Shown here one piece after another: positions 38,421-59,963 of a stretch of 64,000 bases of DNA. Source of the DNA: the human T2T-CHM13v2.0 reference genome, Homo sapiens; NCBI RefSeq assembly GCF_009914755.1, contig NC_060948.1. The stretch is one strand, 5' to 3'. The position numbers and the translations under genes are program-made. Each line of letters opens with the position of its first letter. The first letter of the stretch is position 1. Below the pieces are notes generated by a model. The model was given only the letters and a program-made list of their open reading frames with translations. It did no database searches and was not told the origin of the DNA.

Positions 38421-41400
38421 TCAATTGGCTGAACAAACCTGGAGAACAGTTTAGGCCACAAGGACTGCAAGTCTTTGGTGAGCCCAAGTGCTGGCTTGGT
38501 CCCAGAGACAGTGGACTGGAGGGAACATGCAACCTGCTGAGACACCAGCTGGGACAGTCAAGGATGTGCTGGCATCACCCCTCCACTAACCCTAGGCTGC
38601 ACAGCTCATCGCTTTAAAAAAGACCCCTTCACTCCACTTATGGAGAGGCGAGGGGAAGAGTGGGGAGGATTGTCTTCTATGTTGGATACCAGCTCAGCCA
38701 CAGCAGGATAGGATATGGGTCAGTCATGAGGCCCCCATTCCAGACCCCAGCTCCTGAACACATCCTGGGCTGGAAGGAAACCTGTTGCTTTCAAGGGAAG
38801 AACCCATTCCTGGCAGCATTCATCACCTGCTACCTGAAGAGCCCTTGGACCTTGATTAACCATCAGCAAGATCCAGGTACTACACTGAAGGTGTTGGGTG
38901 AAACTGGGAAACTCAGCACATTCCCAGCTGTCATGGCTACTGGCTGAAACCCCTTCCAGTTAAGAAAAGCAGAGGGAAAAGCAAAAGGGACTTTGTTGTA
39001 TATATCAGATATCAGCTTAACCACAGGAGATTAGAGCACCAAGTAGGCTCTTGGGTCTCTCATTCTAAGACTTGTCTATTGAATGGAATTTCTAGACCTT
39101 CCTTGGGCCAGAGGGATGCCCACAGCCCAGAAGGTTAAGTCTCAGGCCAGGAAGCATTCACTAAGAATTGATTAAGAAGCCCTTGTGCCTGAAGGGTAAA
39201 TTGATGGTAGGCTGGCAATACTCTCCATGGGTGTTTGGTCATGATAGCTACAAGGTGAGACTCCTCTGTCTTTGCAAATGGGAGAGAATACTAGGAAGGA
39301 CTGTGTCTAATAGTTTGAGTTTCAGCTAAGCCATAGTGCTGTAGAACACTAAGTAGACATCTAAGGTTTTTGACTAGTCTCTAACTTCTGGAATGTCCCT
39401 CTGGACATGGCTGGGGACTGAGGAACTAGCTACCCTAATAGGAAGGACTTGTCTTGCAACTAGGTCTGGCTGGCTTTTCAACCTGCTTACTGTAGACCCC
39501 AAGGGACTTGAGCAACCATAGGCCATAGTCAGAGTGTGGTTACAGCAGCCCTTGGGTGAGACACAGTATTGTGCTGGTCTGACGTCTGATGCAGAGCAGT
39601 CCTGGTAGTGGAGGCCACAGGGGTGCTTCTTTTACACCACCAGAAGCTCTGGGTGGCTTAGAACAAAGAGAGACTGTTCATTTGGGAGAACGTAAGAAAG
39701 ATAACAAGTGTATCTGCCTGGTAATCCAGAGAATTCTTCCAGAACTTGTGCAAGACCATCAAGGCGGCACCTCTATGAGTCTGCAAAACCACCGTGTTAC
39801 TGGGTTTGGGGAGCCCCCTAAAGCAGATACAGTTCAGATCATAACAGCCAATTCCTTTAAAATATCTGAAAAGCCTCCTCAAAGAAAGAGGGGTACAAAT
39901 AGACTCAGAGGAAGAAGGCTATTATAGATACTGAACTCTTCCATGCCCAAACACCAACAAATCTTTATAAATATTAACAACATTCAGGAAAACATGACCT
40001 CATTAAATGAACTAAACAAAGCACCAGTGACCAATTCTGAAGAAACAGAGCTATGTGAGGGTTCAAACAGAGAATTCAAAATTGCGGTTTTGAGGAAACA
40101 AAGATATTGAGGAAAACACACATATAAAATCATAATTCTATCAGATAAATTTAACAGAATAGAATAAATATAAGAGAATGGAATAAAAAAGAGTCAAGCA
40201 GAAATTCTGGATCTGTAAAATACAGTCGAAATGTGGGAGGATACCTCAGAGTCTCTTAATAGCAGGATTGATTAAGAAGAAGAAAGAATTAGTGAGCTTG
40301 AAAACACATTATTTGAAAATACATTCAGAGAAAACAACAATAACAAAAAACAATATCAGCGAAAATAGATTTTTAGACAAAAACTATCAAAAGAGATAAA
40401 GAAGGATTCTATATAATAATAAAGTTGTCAATTCAGAAAAATGACGTGGCAATTTTAATTATATATGTGCAAACACTGGAGCACCCAGATACACAAAGCA
40501 AATATTATTAGAGATAAAGAAAGAGATAAGCCCTGATACAATAATACCTGGAGACTTTAACATCGCACTTTCAGCATTGGACAGATCTTTCAGACAGAAA
40601 ACCAACAAACATTGAATTTAATCTTCACTAGATACAGAATGAATCTAATAGATATTTACAGAACATTTCATCCAGTGGCTGCTGAATACATGTTTTTTTC
40701 TAAGCATATGGAGCATTCTCAAGCATAAAGTGTTTGTTGGATAAACAGTTTTAAAACATGCAATAAATGAAATCATGTCAAGCATCTTCTGAATATAGTA
40801 AGATTGGATTACAATGTAATAACAAGATAAATTTTGGAAATTATACAAATACTTGGACATTCATCAATGTGCTGCTGAATGACAAGTGGGTCAATAAAAT
40901 TAGTAAAAGAAATAATATCATGGAGCACAAATAAATAATATTGAAAAAATAAAGACCAATGAAACAACATTTTTTTGTAAAGTTTAATGCAATTGACAAA
41001 CCATTAGCTAGACCAGCTAAGAAAAAAAGTGAAAACATAAATAAATAAAATCAGTGATGAAAAAGGAAACATTATAGATTACTGCAGAAATTCAAAGGAT
41101 CACTAGAGGCTACTATGAGCAAATATATGCCAAAAATTAAGAAAATCTTAAAGAAACAGACAAATTATTAAACATATATTACTTACCAGGATTGAGCCAT
41201 GAAAAAATTCAAAACATTATCAGACCAATAACAAGTGACAGGATTGAAGCTGTAATAAAAATTCTTCAAGTAAAGAAAAGCCCAGGACCCAATGGCTTTG
41301 CAGCTTAATTTTACCAAACATATTAAAAGTACTGATCCCAGTTCTACTCAAACTATTCCAGAAAACACAGGTGGATACACTTTCAAACTAATTCTATAAG

Positions 41401-41820
41401 GTTAGTTGTACCCTGGCACTAAAAGCAAAGACACATAACCCCACAAAAAATCTTACACACCAATATATCTGATAAATATGCAAAAATCTTCAATAAAATA
41501 CTAGCAAACCAAATGTAATAATACATTAAAAGGGTAATTCATCATGACGAATTGGAACTCATTTCTGGGATTCAAGGATAGTTCAGCATATGCAAATCAA
41601 TCAATGTAATACATCATATCAACAGAATGAAGAGCAAAAATTATTTGTTCATTTCAATTGATGCCATAAAAGCATTTGATAAAATTCAACATATCTTCAG
41701 ATAAAAATTCTAAGAAGAACTGAGGATTGAAGGAACATACTTCCACATAATAAAAACTATATATAACAGAACGACAGTTCATATTATCCTTAATGGTGTA
41801 AAACTGGAAGTCTTTCCTCT
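38421..41820 (+). mobile_element. L1M1/L1MA-type element: 5' UTR repeats, ORF1 start, large internal deletion, ORF2 into the RT domain; 3' end missing
   Basis: ggataccagctcagccacagcagga 5' UTR repeats; ORF1 at ~39940-40340 jumps to the endonuclease region at ~40360; ends aaactggaagtctttcctct. Confidence 0.8.
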
Positions 41821-41869
41821 ATCCATTATAATTATTAATGGCTAATTGCCACTGTCCTGACTGAAGATT

Positions 41870-43025
<1,156 letters not shown>

Positions 43026-43313
43026 TAACTGGATCATATGGTAGGTCAATTTTTAGTTTTTAAAAGAAACTCCAAACTGATCTGTACAGTGGTTGTATTA
43101 ATTTACATTTTGACCAACAGTGTACAAGGGTTTCCTTTTCTCCACATCCTTACTAGCATCTGTTACTGCGTATCTTTGGATATAAGGCATTTTAAATGGG
43201 GTGATACCTTATTGTCATTTTGATTTGAATTTGTCTGATTATCAGTGATGCTCAGCACCTTTTTCTATGCATGTATGCTCTCTATATATCTGCTTTTAAG
43301 TAATACCTATTTA

Positions 43314-43626
43314 GGACAGGCACAGTAGCTCATGCCTGTAATCACAGCATTTTGGGAAGCTAAGGTGGGCTGACCACATGAGGTCAGGAATTCAAGAGCA
43401 GCCCAGCCAAAATGGTGAAACCTCATTTCTACTAAAAATAAAAATTAGCTGGGCATTATGGCAGGTGTTTGAATGTCTCAGCTACTCAAGAGGCTGAGGA
43501 AAGAGAATCACTTGAACCCCGGAAGCAGAGGTTGTAGTGAGCTGAGATTGCCCCACTGCATTCCAGCCTGGTGGACAAAAAAAGATTCTGTCATTAAAAA
43601 AAAAAGAAAAGAAAAAAGAGAAAAAT
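43314..43626 (+). mobile_element. AluS inserted in the L1M
   Basis: Dimeric Alu with catgaggtcaggaattcaaga and an A-rich tail. Confidence 0.92.
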
Positions 43627-46600
43627 AAAGTTTATTTAAATATTGTGCCAATCTTTTGATCAAATTTTTTTGTGTATAGAATTGATAGAATTGTTTGAGC
43701 TCTTTATATTTCCTGGTTATTAATTTTTTTTGTTGGATAGGTAGTTTAAAAATATTTTCTCCAATTTTGTGGGTTATCTCTTCACTTTGTCGATTGTATC
43801 CTTTGCTATAAAGAAGCTTTTTAACTTGTGACCCCATTTGTCCATTTTTTTTCCCTCATAATTGCTTGAGCTTGCAGGGTATAGCTCAAGAGATGTTTGC
43901 CCAGACCTATGTCCTAGAGAAGTTCCCCAATGTGTTCTTATGCTAGTTTCATAGGTTTAGATCTTACATTTAAGGCTTTAATCCATTTTATTTTGATTTT
44001 TTCTTACGGCAAGAGATGTGGGACTGGTTTTATTCCTTTGCATGTGCATATCCAGTTTCTTGGCACTATTTATTTAAGAGACTGTATTTTCCCTAGTGTA
44101 TGTTCTTGGCACCTTTGTTGAAAATTAGTATTCTGTAGGTATGAAGATTTGCTTCTCAAGTCTCTATTTTGTTCCATTGGTCTATGTGTCCATGTTTATA
44201 CCAGTGCAATGGTGTTTTAGCTAGTATAATTCTGTAGCATAATTTAAAGTTAGGTAATGCTGTTCCTCCAGTTTTGTTCTTTCTGCTTAGGATGGCTTTG
44301 GTTATTCTGGGTCTTTGTAGTTCCAACTAAATTTTTGGATTTTTAAGATTCTACTTCTGTGAAGAATGTTGTTGGTATTTCTATAGGGATTGCATTAACT
44401 GTTTGGATTGCTTTGGGTAGTATGAAGATTTTAACAATATTAATTCTTCCAAACCATGAACATGAAATATTTTTCCATTTTTTTGTGTCCTTTTCAATTT
44501 TTTTTATCAATGTTTTGTACCTTTTATTATAGAGATACTTTATAACTCTGGGAAAGTTAATTCCTAGGTATTTAATTTTATGTGTGGCTATTGTAAATGG
44601 GATTACTTTTTATTTCTTTTCACATTGTTCATTGTTGGCATATAGAAATGCTACTGATTTTGCATGTTGATTTTGTATCTGACAACTTTACTGAATTTGT
44701 TTACCATTTCTCATAGTTTACTTGTCAAGTGTTTAGGTTTTACTACATATAAAATCACATTATCAGAAAATAAAAATAACTTGACTTCTTTAAAATCTGA
44801 GTACCCTTTATATTTTTCTCTTGTCTTGTTGCTCTGGCTAAAACTGACAGTACTAAGTTGAATAACAGTGGTAACAGTGGGAACTCTTGTTATGTCCCGG
44901 ATCTTAGTATAATACAAGCTGTGGATCTGTCATATATGGCTTTTATGTTGAGGTATGTTCCTTCAATCTCTAATGTCTTTGAGGATTTTTATCATGAATA
45001 TGTTTATTTTATAAAATGCTTCTTTAGTATCAATTGAAATGATCATACGCTTTTTACTCTTTACTCTGTTAATATGATGTATCATGTTGATTGATTTGTG
45101 TACATTGAGCTGTCCTTGTATCACTGGAATAAATACCACTTGGTCTTGACAAATGATTTTTCTAATATATTGTTGTATTTGGTTTCCTAGTGTTTTGTTG
45201 AGAATTTTTGCATCAATATTTATTAGAGGTATTGCCCCATGGTTTTTTATTTTTGATGTGTCATTGTCTGTTTCTGTGTTAGCATAATACTGGTGTTGAG
45301 GAATTAGTTTGAAAGTATTTCCTTCTTCTCTATTTTTCAGAATAGTGTGAACAGAATTGGTATTAGTTCTTCATTAAATGTTCAGTGAAATTTAGCAGTG
45401 AAGCTACCAGGACCCGAGCTTTTTTTACTGGAATATTTTTTTTTTATTATGGCTTCAATCGCACCATTTATTATTAGTCCATTTAGATTTAAAATTTCTT
45501 ACTAAGTCAATATTGTTAACTTTGAATGTATCTAGCAATTTGTCAGTTTCTTCCAGATTTTTGAATTTATTAATATATACTTGCTTATACTACTCACTAA
45601 TAATGCTTTGAATTTCTATAGTATCAGTTGTAATTCATTCTTTTATATATAGCTGGTGCTATTTACTTTGAACTCTTTTTTCCTTAGTCTGACTAAAGGT
45701 TTTTCAATCTTAAACTAAAAACTTTGTATTTATCTTTTTCATTGCTTTCTATTTTCATTTTTATTTATTTATTTGTGTTCTAATCTTTATCACTTTATTT
45801 CTTCTTCTAATTTTGGCTTAGATTTGCTATGCTTTCCTAGTATTTCAAGATGTATCATCAGATTATTTGAAGTGTTTTTGTTTTTTGATGTAGGTGCTCA
45901 TAGTAATAAACTTTCCTCTGAGTACTGCTTTTGCTGAATCTCACAGGGTTTGGTAGATTGTGTTTTCATTATCATTTGTTTCAAAAAAGTTTTCAATCTT
46001 CTTCTGAATCTCTTCATTGACCCACCTGTCATTTAGAAGCATATTATTTAATTTTCAGTTATTTGTATAGTTTCAAAAAATTACTTGTTATTAATTTCTA
46101 GTTTTATTCCATTGATGAGAAGATGCTTCATATAATTTCAATTTTTTAAAATGTTTTGAGACATGATTTGCTACCTAAGGTATAGTCTATCCTTGAGAAT
46201 GATCCATGTGCTGAGTAAAAGGATATATATTCTGAAGCTCTTAGATAAAATTATCTCTAAATAACTATTAAATTTATTTGGTCTATAGTGGAGATTAATT
46301 ATGACTTTTTTGTGTTGTTGATTTTCTGTCTGGAAAATCTATCTAATCTTAACAGTGGGGGGCTGAGGTCTCCAGCTATTATTGTATTGGACCCTATTTC
46401 TCTCTGTGGCTGTAATGTATGTATTATATATCTCTTTGCTCCAGTGTTGGGTTCATATATCTTTAAAATTGTTGTATCTTCTTGCTGAACTTACTCCTTT
46501 ATTATTACATAGTGAGCTTCTTTGTCTCATATAGTCTGGTCTTGAAATTTATTTTGTCTGGTAAAAGTAAGTGATTCTTGGACCTTTCTTGTTTCCAATG

Positions 46601-46813
46601 ACATGAAATATATTTTCACATCACTTTATTTTCAGGCTATGTGTATTTTTATAGGCAAAGTGTATTTCTTATAGGCAACTGGCGAGTGTCTTATTTTTTC
46701 ATACATTCAGCCAGTCTATTTTAATTGGATAGTTGAGTCCACTTACGTTCAATGATATTATTGATTATTATGAACTTATACCCTGCCATTTTGTGGTTTG
46801 TTTTCTGGGTTTT

Positions 46814-46817
<4 letters not shown>

Positions 46818-46863
<46 letters not shown>
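46818..46863. repeat. (TG)23 microsatellite
   Basis: Seen directly. Confidence 0.95.
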
Positions 46864-46864
<1 letters not shown>

Positions 46865-49800
46865 TCTTTTTCTCCTTTTTTCTTTTATTGCTGTCTTTCT
46901 CTAGCGAAGATAAGAGTCTCTGGTGATATGATTTAATTTTCTGCTTTTCATTTTTTGCATTTTTAAAATATTTTTTTGTTTGAGGTTACCATGAGACTTG
47001 CAAATGCTATCTTATAGCCCATTATTTCAACCTGATATCACTATTTGCATAAACTAACAAGCAAAAAGAAAACTAATAAAAACTCAGATTAACTTCAGCT
47101 TCCACCCAACTTTTCTTACTTGTTACTTCTATTTATATTTTACTCTACTGTGTCCTAAAATGTTGTGATTATTACTTTTTTTTTATTGCTTAGTTTTTCC
47201 ACTTAGGATAACAGTAGTTTACACACTGTAGTTAGAGTGTTATTATATCCTGTGTTTTCCTCCATACTTATTTTTATCCATAAGTTTTGTACCTTCAGGT
47301 GATTGTTGATTGTTCCTTAACACTTTTTTCTTTCTGACTGAAGTACTCCCTTTAGGTTTGCTTGTAGAATGCATCTGGTATTCATGAAATCCCATAGCTT
47401 TTGTTTGCTGAAAAAGTCTTTACATCTTCTTTATATGTGAAAGATATTTTCACCAGCTATACTATTCTAGGATAAAAATGGATTCATTTGTCCTTTTTTT
47501 TCTTTCAGCACTTCAAATATGTCATGACATTCTTTCTTGTTCTGCAAAGTTTCCACTAACAAGTCTGCTGCCAGACATGTTGGAGCACCATTGTAGGTTT
47601 TTTTTTGTTTTTTTTTTTTTCTCTCTTGCTGCTTTTAAGATCCTTTATCCTTGACCTTTAGGAGTTTGATTATTAAATTCCCTGAAGTAGTCTTATTTGG
47701 GTTAAGTCGTCTTGGTGTCTATAACCTTCTTGTATTTGAATGTTGATTTCTTCCTGTAGGTTTGCAATAGTTTTCTGTTACTATTCCTTTGTATAAACTT
47801 TCTACCCCTATCTTTTTCTCTACCTCCTCTTTAAGGCCAATAACTCCAGAGGCTACTTTCTAGATGCTGTAGGCATGCTTTATTATTTTCTTTTTTTTCT
47901 CTGACTGTATATTTTCTGTTTGCCTATCTTCAAGCTCACTAAGTCTTTCTTCTGTTTCATCCATTATATTAATACATCTCTGATGTATTCTTCTGTATGC
48001 CAATTTTATCTTTTAGCTCTGGAATTTCTGCTTAATTATTTTAATACCCCATTATTCTCATGGAATTCTGAATTTATTCTCCGTGTTATATCAAATTTCT
48101 TTGCGTTTCAACACTGGTCTTCAAATTCTCTGTCTGAAATGTCATGTACTTCTGTTCCTCCAGGATTGATCCCCAGTACCTTATTGAGTTCATTTAGTTG
48201 GGCCACATTTTCCTGAATGGTACTGATGCTACTAGATATTCTAAGGTGCCTGGGTATTGAAGAGCTAGGTATCTATTGCCATCTTTACTATATGGGCTTA
48301 TTTATAGTCTTCTTTTCTGAGATGCCTTTCCAGATATTGGAAAAGACTTGGATGTTGTGATCTACACTGTGTTTGCTTTAGGAAGTACCACAAGCCCCCA
48401 AACTCTGTGGCTCTTCTGGAGTTGTTAGACGTACTGCCTTAACAGTCTTGGACAGAATCTGGGAGACTTATCTGGATTACCAGACAGACAATTTTTTTCT
48501 CTTTACTTAGTTTCTCCCAAACATACAGAGTCTCTCCCTATGTTCTGAGTCATCTAAAGCTAGTCATGGAGTGACACAAGTACCCCTGTGGCCACCATCA
48601 CTGTGATTATGCTGGGTCAGAACTGAAGCCAGCACAGTGCTGGGTCTCACCCAAGGCCTGCTATAACCACTCCCTGGTTACTGCCTATGTTAATTCAAGG
48701 GCTTGGGGCTCCACAATTAGCAGGTAGCAAAGGCAGGCCTTTGTTCTTCCATTTAGGGCAGAGGTTCCCCAGATCCCATGTGTGTCAGAAGTGCCATCGT
48801 GGAGTCAGGGCTGGATTCAAAAACCTTAGAAGTCTAGTTGGTACTCTACGGTATTGAGGCTGCCACCCAAACCACAAGTTGCAGTTGTTTCCACTCTTCC
48901 CTCTACTTTCCAAAGGCAGAAATTTCTTATCCCTTAGTTACCACTACTACCCTGCCAAAAGGACTACTGCCAGACTACCACAGATGTTTTCTTCAGGCTT
49001 GAGGTCTTTTAGGTTAGCTTTTGGTGAATGCTGCCTGGCACAGGATTCACCCTTCAGGGCAGTGGGCCTCTTTCTGGGTCAGGGAAGGTCCAGAAATGCC
49101 ATCCAAGAGTCAAGTCTTGGAATCAGGTACTCTAAGAGCTCACTTTGTGCTTAGCACCTGTGGCAGTGTTGGTATCTAAAATGCAAGACGTCAAAGTCCC
49201 CTTTAAGTTTCTCTCCACTTTTCTAGAGTAGAAGTTGTTTTGCCCCATTGCCACTACAGTCTACAGTTGGTTATGTGCTACATTTCTCCTGAAGCTAGCA
49301 AGTCTCAGAGCATCACTCAAGGCCCTTAATGTAGTACCTGGGTATCACTGCTGTTCATTCAGAGCCCAAGGTTTCTTCAGTGAGCAGGCAATAAATGTTG
49401 ACTGGACTGAGTCCTTTCCTTCAAGGCATCAGGTTCCCTTCCGGCCCAGAGTGTGTCAAGAAATGCCATCTGGGAGGTAAGACCAAAAATGGCAGGCTCA
49501 AAACTCTGTACGGTACCTTAACCTGCTGTGGCTGAACTGGTGTGCTAAGTGCAAAACAAAGTCTTTTGTATCCTTTCATGCTCTCCCCTTAAGTGAAGGA
49601 TAGGAGCCTTTTTTGGAGCCATGAGCTAAAAAGCTTGGGGTTAGCACAGAGGTGATGCCAGGACTCTCTTTTCTGCCTTAGCTGGTGCCTCTTGTTCCAG
49701 TCAACTCCACTGTTTCTGGGCCTACTTCAGCAACAGGACTTACTTAAGAGATGCAGTGGCTTAGAATACTATTCAAGTTTACTTAGATACCAAGAGCATT

Positions 49801-50319
49801 TTGGCCCTCTATGGAGAGGTTTGTGGGCAGTCAAGTTCAGACCACTAGGACTGGAGATTCTCTTGTAGCTAGGGATGGTTTCAATGCTCCTTCTGTGGGT
49901 GGGCATCAGCTGACTTTGTTCTGATTTTCTTCTCTCCTTTAATAGGACAGCACTAAGTTCACTGCCTTGCAATTACTGTGTTGTTTCTACATCAGTGCCC
50001 ACAGATACTTTCTGCCTACACAGTTGCTACCAGGGATTAGGGAGAGGTGGCTTTGGTGATTCAGGGATGGTTTTGTTGTTCTTGCTTGTTTGTTTTTTGT
50101 TTTTGTTTCAAATCTTCAGTGCCTCTTTCAGTGATATGAAGTTAAAATCAGTTACTGTAAGTGATCACCTGATTTTTTGGTTCTTACGAAGGTGTGTAGT
50201 TTTTTGTTTGTTTTTCTTTTATGTGTAGATAATTGGTAACTTGATGTTCTTGGGGTGAGGGGGAGGGCTGTAATCAGTGGAGCTTTCTATTTCCACCATT
50301 TTGTTTCTTTTCTCTCCAA

Positions 50320-55690
<5,371 letters not shown>

Positions 55691-55789
55691 CTATCTTCTA
55701 TTTTTAACAGCTAAAATGTTATTGTACAATGAACACAAAGATTTGCCATTTAACTTAATATCAAAACTATTCACTCTGCACCATGTCTG

Positions 55790-56820
55790 ACAATCAGCAG
55801 TTTCTATGTGTGTGAGGTTATATGTTTGTGTGGGGGTGTAATTGATGTACAGTGGTGAGAAGCAAAAGATAAACCAAATCCCTATGAAATCTTTATGTCC
55901 TTTGAAACACTTTTAAGTTAAAACAGCTTTACTGTGATTTGTAATGTCCTAAGCAGCAGTGCAAAGACATGAGAGCTTTATACACTATGTTGTAACTCTC
56001 CATATGTAAATAGCATGGGGCTGTTCCAATGTGATTTTATTTCTGATATCTTCACCTTTTTTTTCTTAAGCTGACACTGTCATTTCTGAGTTTTCTTACA
56101 TAATGATAATTATCTGCATTTAAAATACATGTTATCCTTAACTTTCAGTTGTTTTTCCCAATGTTTTCTCCTCTTCAACAAAGTGTCTACCCTGTAAGCA
56201 TATGACTTTATCTCACCACTCCTACCTCCTTCCAGTGATACAAATTTGATCTCTGCCTAAGAGTCTTTATCCAAGACGTGACACCATTTCTTAAGAGGTC
56301 CTCTGTCCTAGCTCACCCATTATTTCCTGTGTTTCTTCCTTCTAGCTCTGAACAATATACTCTATTTCTTCCATTACTGCCAATCTGATATAGAAAAAAC
56401 TGATAAATAAGTCAAAACAACCACTGTGTAGCATCTCTTAAGTTGTTTATTTTTTTTAACCGCAGACTGAGAGCTGTTAGCTCAAATTTTACTGGCACAA
56501 GAGACAAAATTTTGCACATCTAGCTATGTTTAAATGAGTTTCAATGAGTAGAATGTAGACATTAGATTTTCTTGGTGTGCAAATTCATAAACTTGGCTCA
56601 GCATTTGCTGAATATTAAATAAATGATTTTATTATATGATGCTAAGCCAGCATTAGAAGTAGAGCTTTTAAAACTTAATTTCTGGAAGGGTTTTGAAGCA
56701 CCATCACAGTGACATACATCTTCTTAAACTCTTGTCTTATCCAGAAATAACCTTACTTAATTCAGCTTTACTGAATTGAAAAATCTGCACCTTTATCCTG
56801 TGTACAATCTCAATTTGTGA
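55790..56820 (+). repeat. Block B copy 2 of the ancient local duplication
   Basis: 55790-56030 matches 63320-63540 (agaagcaaaa...ccc(t/c)atgaaatc...tgtgatt...agcagt...tgttgtaact); 56035-56820 matches 41945-43025. Confidence 0.8.
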
Positions 56821-59800
56821 GGGTCTTTATCTGTTATGCAAAATTGCACAATAAAGATTGTTGTGTGGTATTTACAGCCATAATGAATTTGTTTTTCTTT
56901 ACTACTTCTCATATCATTTATTCTTCAACAATCATTCTACCTCTGTTAGCTCACAGGTGCATTGCTACATTCAAATATTTACATATCATGTTATTTTTAA
57001 AAGCCAAAATGACACCTTTTCAGCATTTACAATTTTCTTGGTTATTTAAACCCCTCCAGCTTTATTCAGGAGCTGTTAAATATTGATAAGATAGAGGCTT
57101 GTTGCTATATGCTTTCAAGTGCAATTTCTCTTGAAATTTTCTCACCTGGAGTTTCCATGGTAAGTTGCTAAGAGGTATCACCTAGACTTTTAAGTGCATT
57201 ATAGGATACACCCCACTAAGGAGCTGTCTTTCCCTTCTCTCCCTCTTTATCACGGGAGACAGAGAGAAGGAAAAGAAGGAGACTGCAGGAAGAAGACAGA
57301 GAAAAGAAAATACAATAAAGATACAAAGAGAAAAACCTATGATAAAAGACTTGCCGTGAGAGCTGCACTTCTTAATTCTCTCTCAGGAGTTCTCTTCTCC
57401 TAGACCAGAAGGGACCCATGATAGAGTCTTTGTTTTCCATGTGATTATTGGGAATTCTAAGCAATGAGTTAGCAGAACAAGGACTATGGGTGGGCTGTCT
57501 GCTAACGGTTTGTTAGTCAAGTTTGAGTTAGAAAGAACATCAGAAGACAAAACTGGGCTATGATGATGGCCACAGTGTTGGAACCTTCTGCCACAAAAAT
57601 ATGAGTAGGACTTAAGCCTTAGAACCTCGGAAGCCAATTCAAGGCTGACATGGTGAGTCTCAGGATGAGATAAACTATGGACCATGGGATGCCAGAGCAC
57701 TTTCTCTTGTGAGGCACAGGAGGGCACTGTGTGGGACTGGCTCAACTCACTTTTCTTGCTTCTGCTCAAGATGAAAAAAAAGAAAAAAAAAGGAAGAAGT
57801 TTAAAGATGAAGACAAGGGAGAACATTTGGATTAAGTCAGAAGGAGTAGTGCTTTGGCCACAGCCAAAACCGAAGCTAGCCCACTTGGACATGCTGTGCT
57901 CCAGGATTCTGCCTACCAGCCTGTCCCTGGCCCATTGGTGTCCCCAAGAAGTCAATATCCTGACCTTCTAAAGCACAGTAAGTAAGTAGAATCCCTATCT
58001 TTACGGTCAGGTCCAGCACAAGCATTACCAAATATCAATATGAAGCTTTTATCTTCAGACTTTTCTATCAGAGTAGCACTAAGGCACTATTGTTGAGGTG
58101 GTTGTTCTGAGGATTTCTGCGAATTAACAACAGAGTAGCTAGCCCATTGGCCCTTTGAGGATACAGCAGCTTATATTAAGTTAATCAAGATAATGCCTAG
58201 AACAGAGATGGGTAAGTGATGACCTCAAATTTGTCCAAGAAGGAAGGAAGCTTCAAGGACAGTGGCCCTGAACCTCTGAGAATTCCTGAAACCTTGGAAT
58301 TTTGGCAGCCAACCAGAAATGGGTCTAATCAGTTCCAGGACAGGACACAGCCTGCCCTTAGCAATGCTAAATCTTAAATGCTTGTGGTCTACCCACCATC
58401 CCACAACCTCTTCTAGAGGCCAAAGCAGAAAGGTAACCTGCCTCTTTGTTGTGACTGTGCTCTTACGTGGCTTCTCAGTCCAGCCTTGACAGACAGCTTC
58501 AGGCATACATGGGTCAGGTTACAGAAGCAGTTCCACATAGAAGCCCTTAGCCTATATCCATCAGACTGGGGCCTGCAGGAGCAAGCATTACTGGCTATTG
58601 AATACACGAAAAGGCTGCATATATCTTTGGCTTTTACTCTCTGCATGCATTGAATCCCTTTTGTCATTAGGATTCATAAAAACAGGATCCTACAGTCTTG
58701 GTGCCCTGTGTTCTTAAAGTTGTGCCATCTTTCTTCCAGCTGTGAAATGGTCCCTCTGCAAAAAGAATGTTCTAACAAATTTTTTTCTTCCACCACCATC
58801 CTTGCATGTGTAAATCTTTATTCTGCCCATCAATCCTAAAATCTGACTCTAATACCAAAGGCTCTTTTGTCTTTTTACAAAGACTTCTTAATGTTATTTT
58901 CCTCCAATACTAGACACTGGCCATTCTTACCCTTGCCTTAAGATGCAAATTAAAGACTGTTGTGCCAGCCTTTCCCAATACAGCTTTTGTCTCCACATGA
59001 GCAGGGCTGCTTTTTCAATGAATGACATTTTCGCCAGACCATAGGGAATTACCAGGTGAACAAACTTCCCTTTGCTTCTGTAACCTATCTCATAAACTGT
59101 GTATGTAATCAAGACCTCATGATGCTAAATTAAATTTCTTGTCTTGTACTTCTCTTTAGTGATCTCAGAGAATGGTAAACCACTTTCTGTAATCATAGGG
59201 TCCCCTTAAAAAGAAAGAAAGAAAACATGAAACAAAAGAAACAAGGACACATCCCAGAATACTATTTGTAGCATCTTTGGGCAGGAATTAGACAACAAAG
59301 GACTTCAGAGGTTTTGCTGCCCATCTGGGTCTACTGCTTGGGTCCAGTCAGGTTATACTCCCAGCCTTGTTGCAGTGGCTTCATGTCCTATGAAAGCCTG
59401 ACCCATGACCACTCTGCTTTGAGGTCTTGAGCTGCTTTCAAAAAAAAAAAAAAGACATTTTGGTTGAATAAATATTCAAATATTATGCCTACCAAATAGG
59501 TTGGCCTGGAGTTTGACTGTACTGCACCTATGACCAAAAAAGACTAGAAGCGTGTCTGGGTTTTGCACTCTCAGACCAAACAACCCTAATCTTACAGAAT
59601 TTGGTCAGAAGCAGGGAGGCCTAGCTGTATGATTCAAGTGAGTACAGAATAAGAGAAGTTAAAGACTCTAGAGAAGGGAGTGGTGGAGGCATATTATCCC
59701 TTTGCAGGTAGCAGGTTATTTTGGGGTGGCTTGCTAACACCCTTCCCATCCTCGCCAAGCTGGGCAATTAGAACAAGGTAGAACCAGCAGTTCTGTTATC

Positions 59801-59963
59801 TATTTCACAAAGGCTATAGCTGGATAGAAAAGAGAGAGAGGGTCTGAAAAGAGACTTGTCCAGATAATGCCTTGGTCATTTGGGGTCAAAGGTAGCTGTA
59901 GGACCCTTGCCACTGTGGCTACCTACCAGGTCTTCATTCCTATAAACATAATACTTTTCAATA

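Larger units (their letters stand above)
43026..50317 (-). mobile_element. Near full-length old L1 (L1M2/L1MA2-4 type) lacking its 3' UTR
   Basis: 5' start caaaatggtggaaatagaaagctccactgat (minus) at ~50300; long 5' UTR 48450-50317; ORF1 ~47300-48450; ORF2 to 43030. Confidence 0.85.

Noticed and set aside
57383-57955. 190-aa ORF with a hydrophobic stretch
   Set aside because: The poly-Phe run comes from an A-tract, the start is non-ATG and no family is recognisable; kept only within the unassigned-segment finding.
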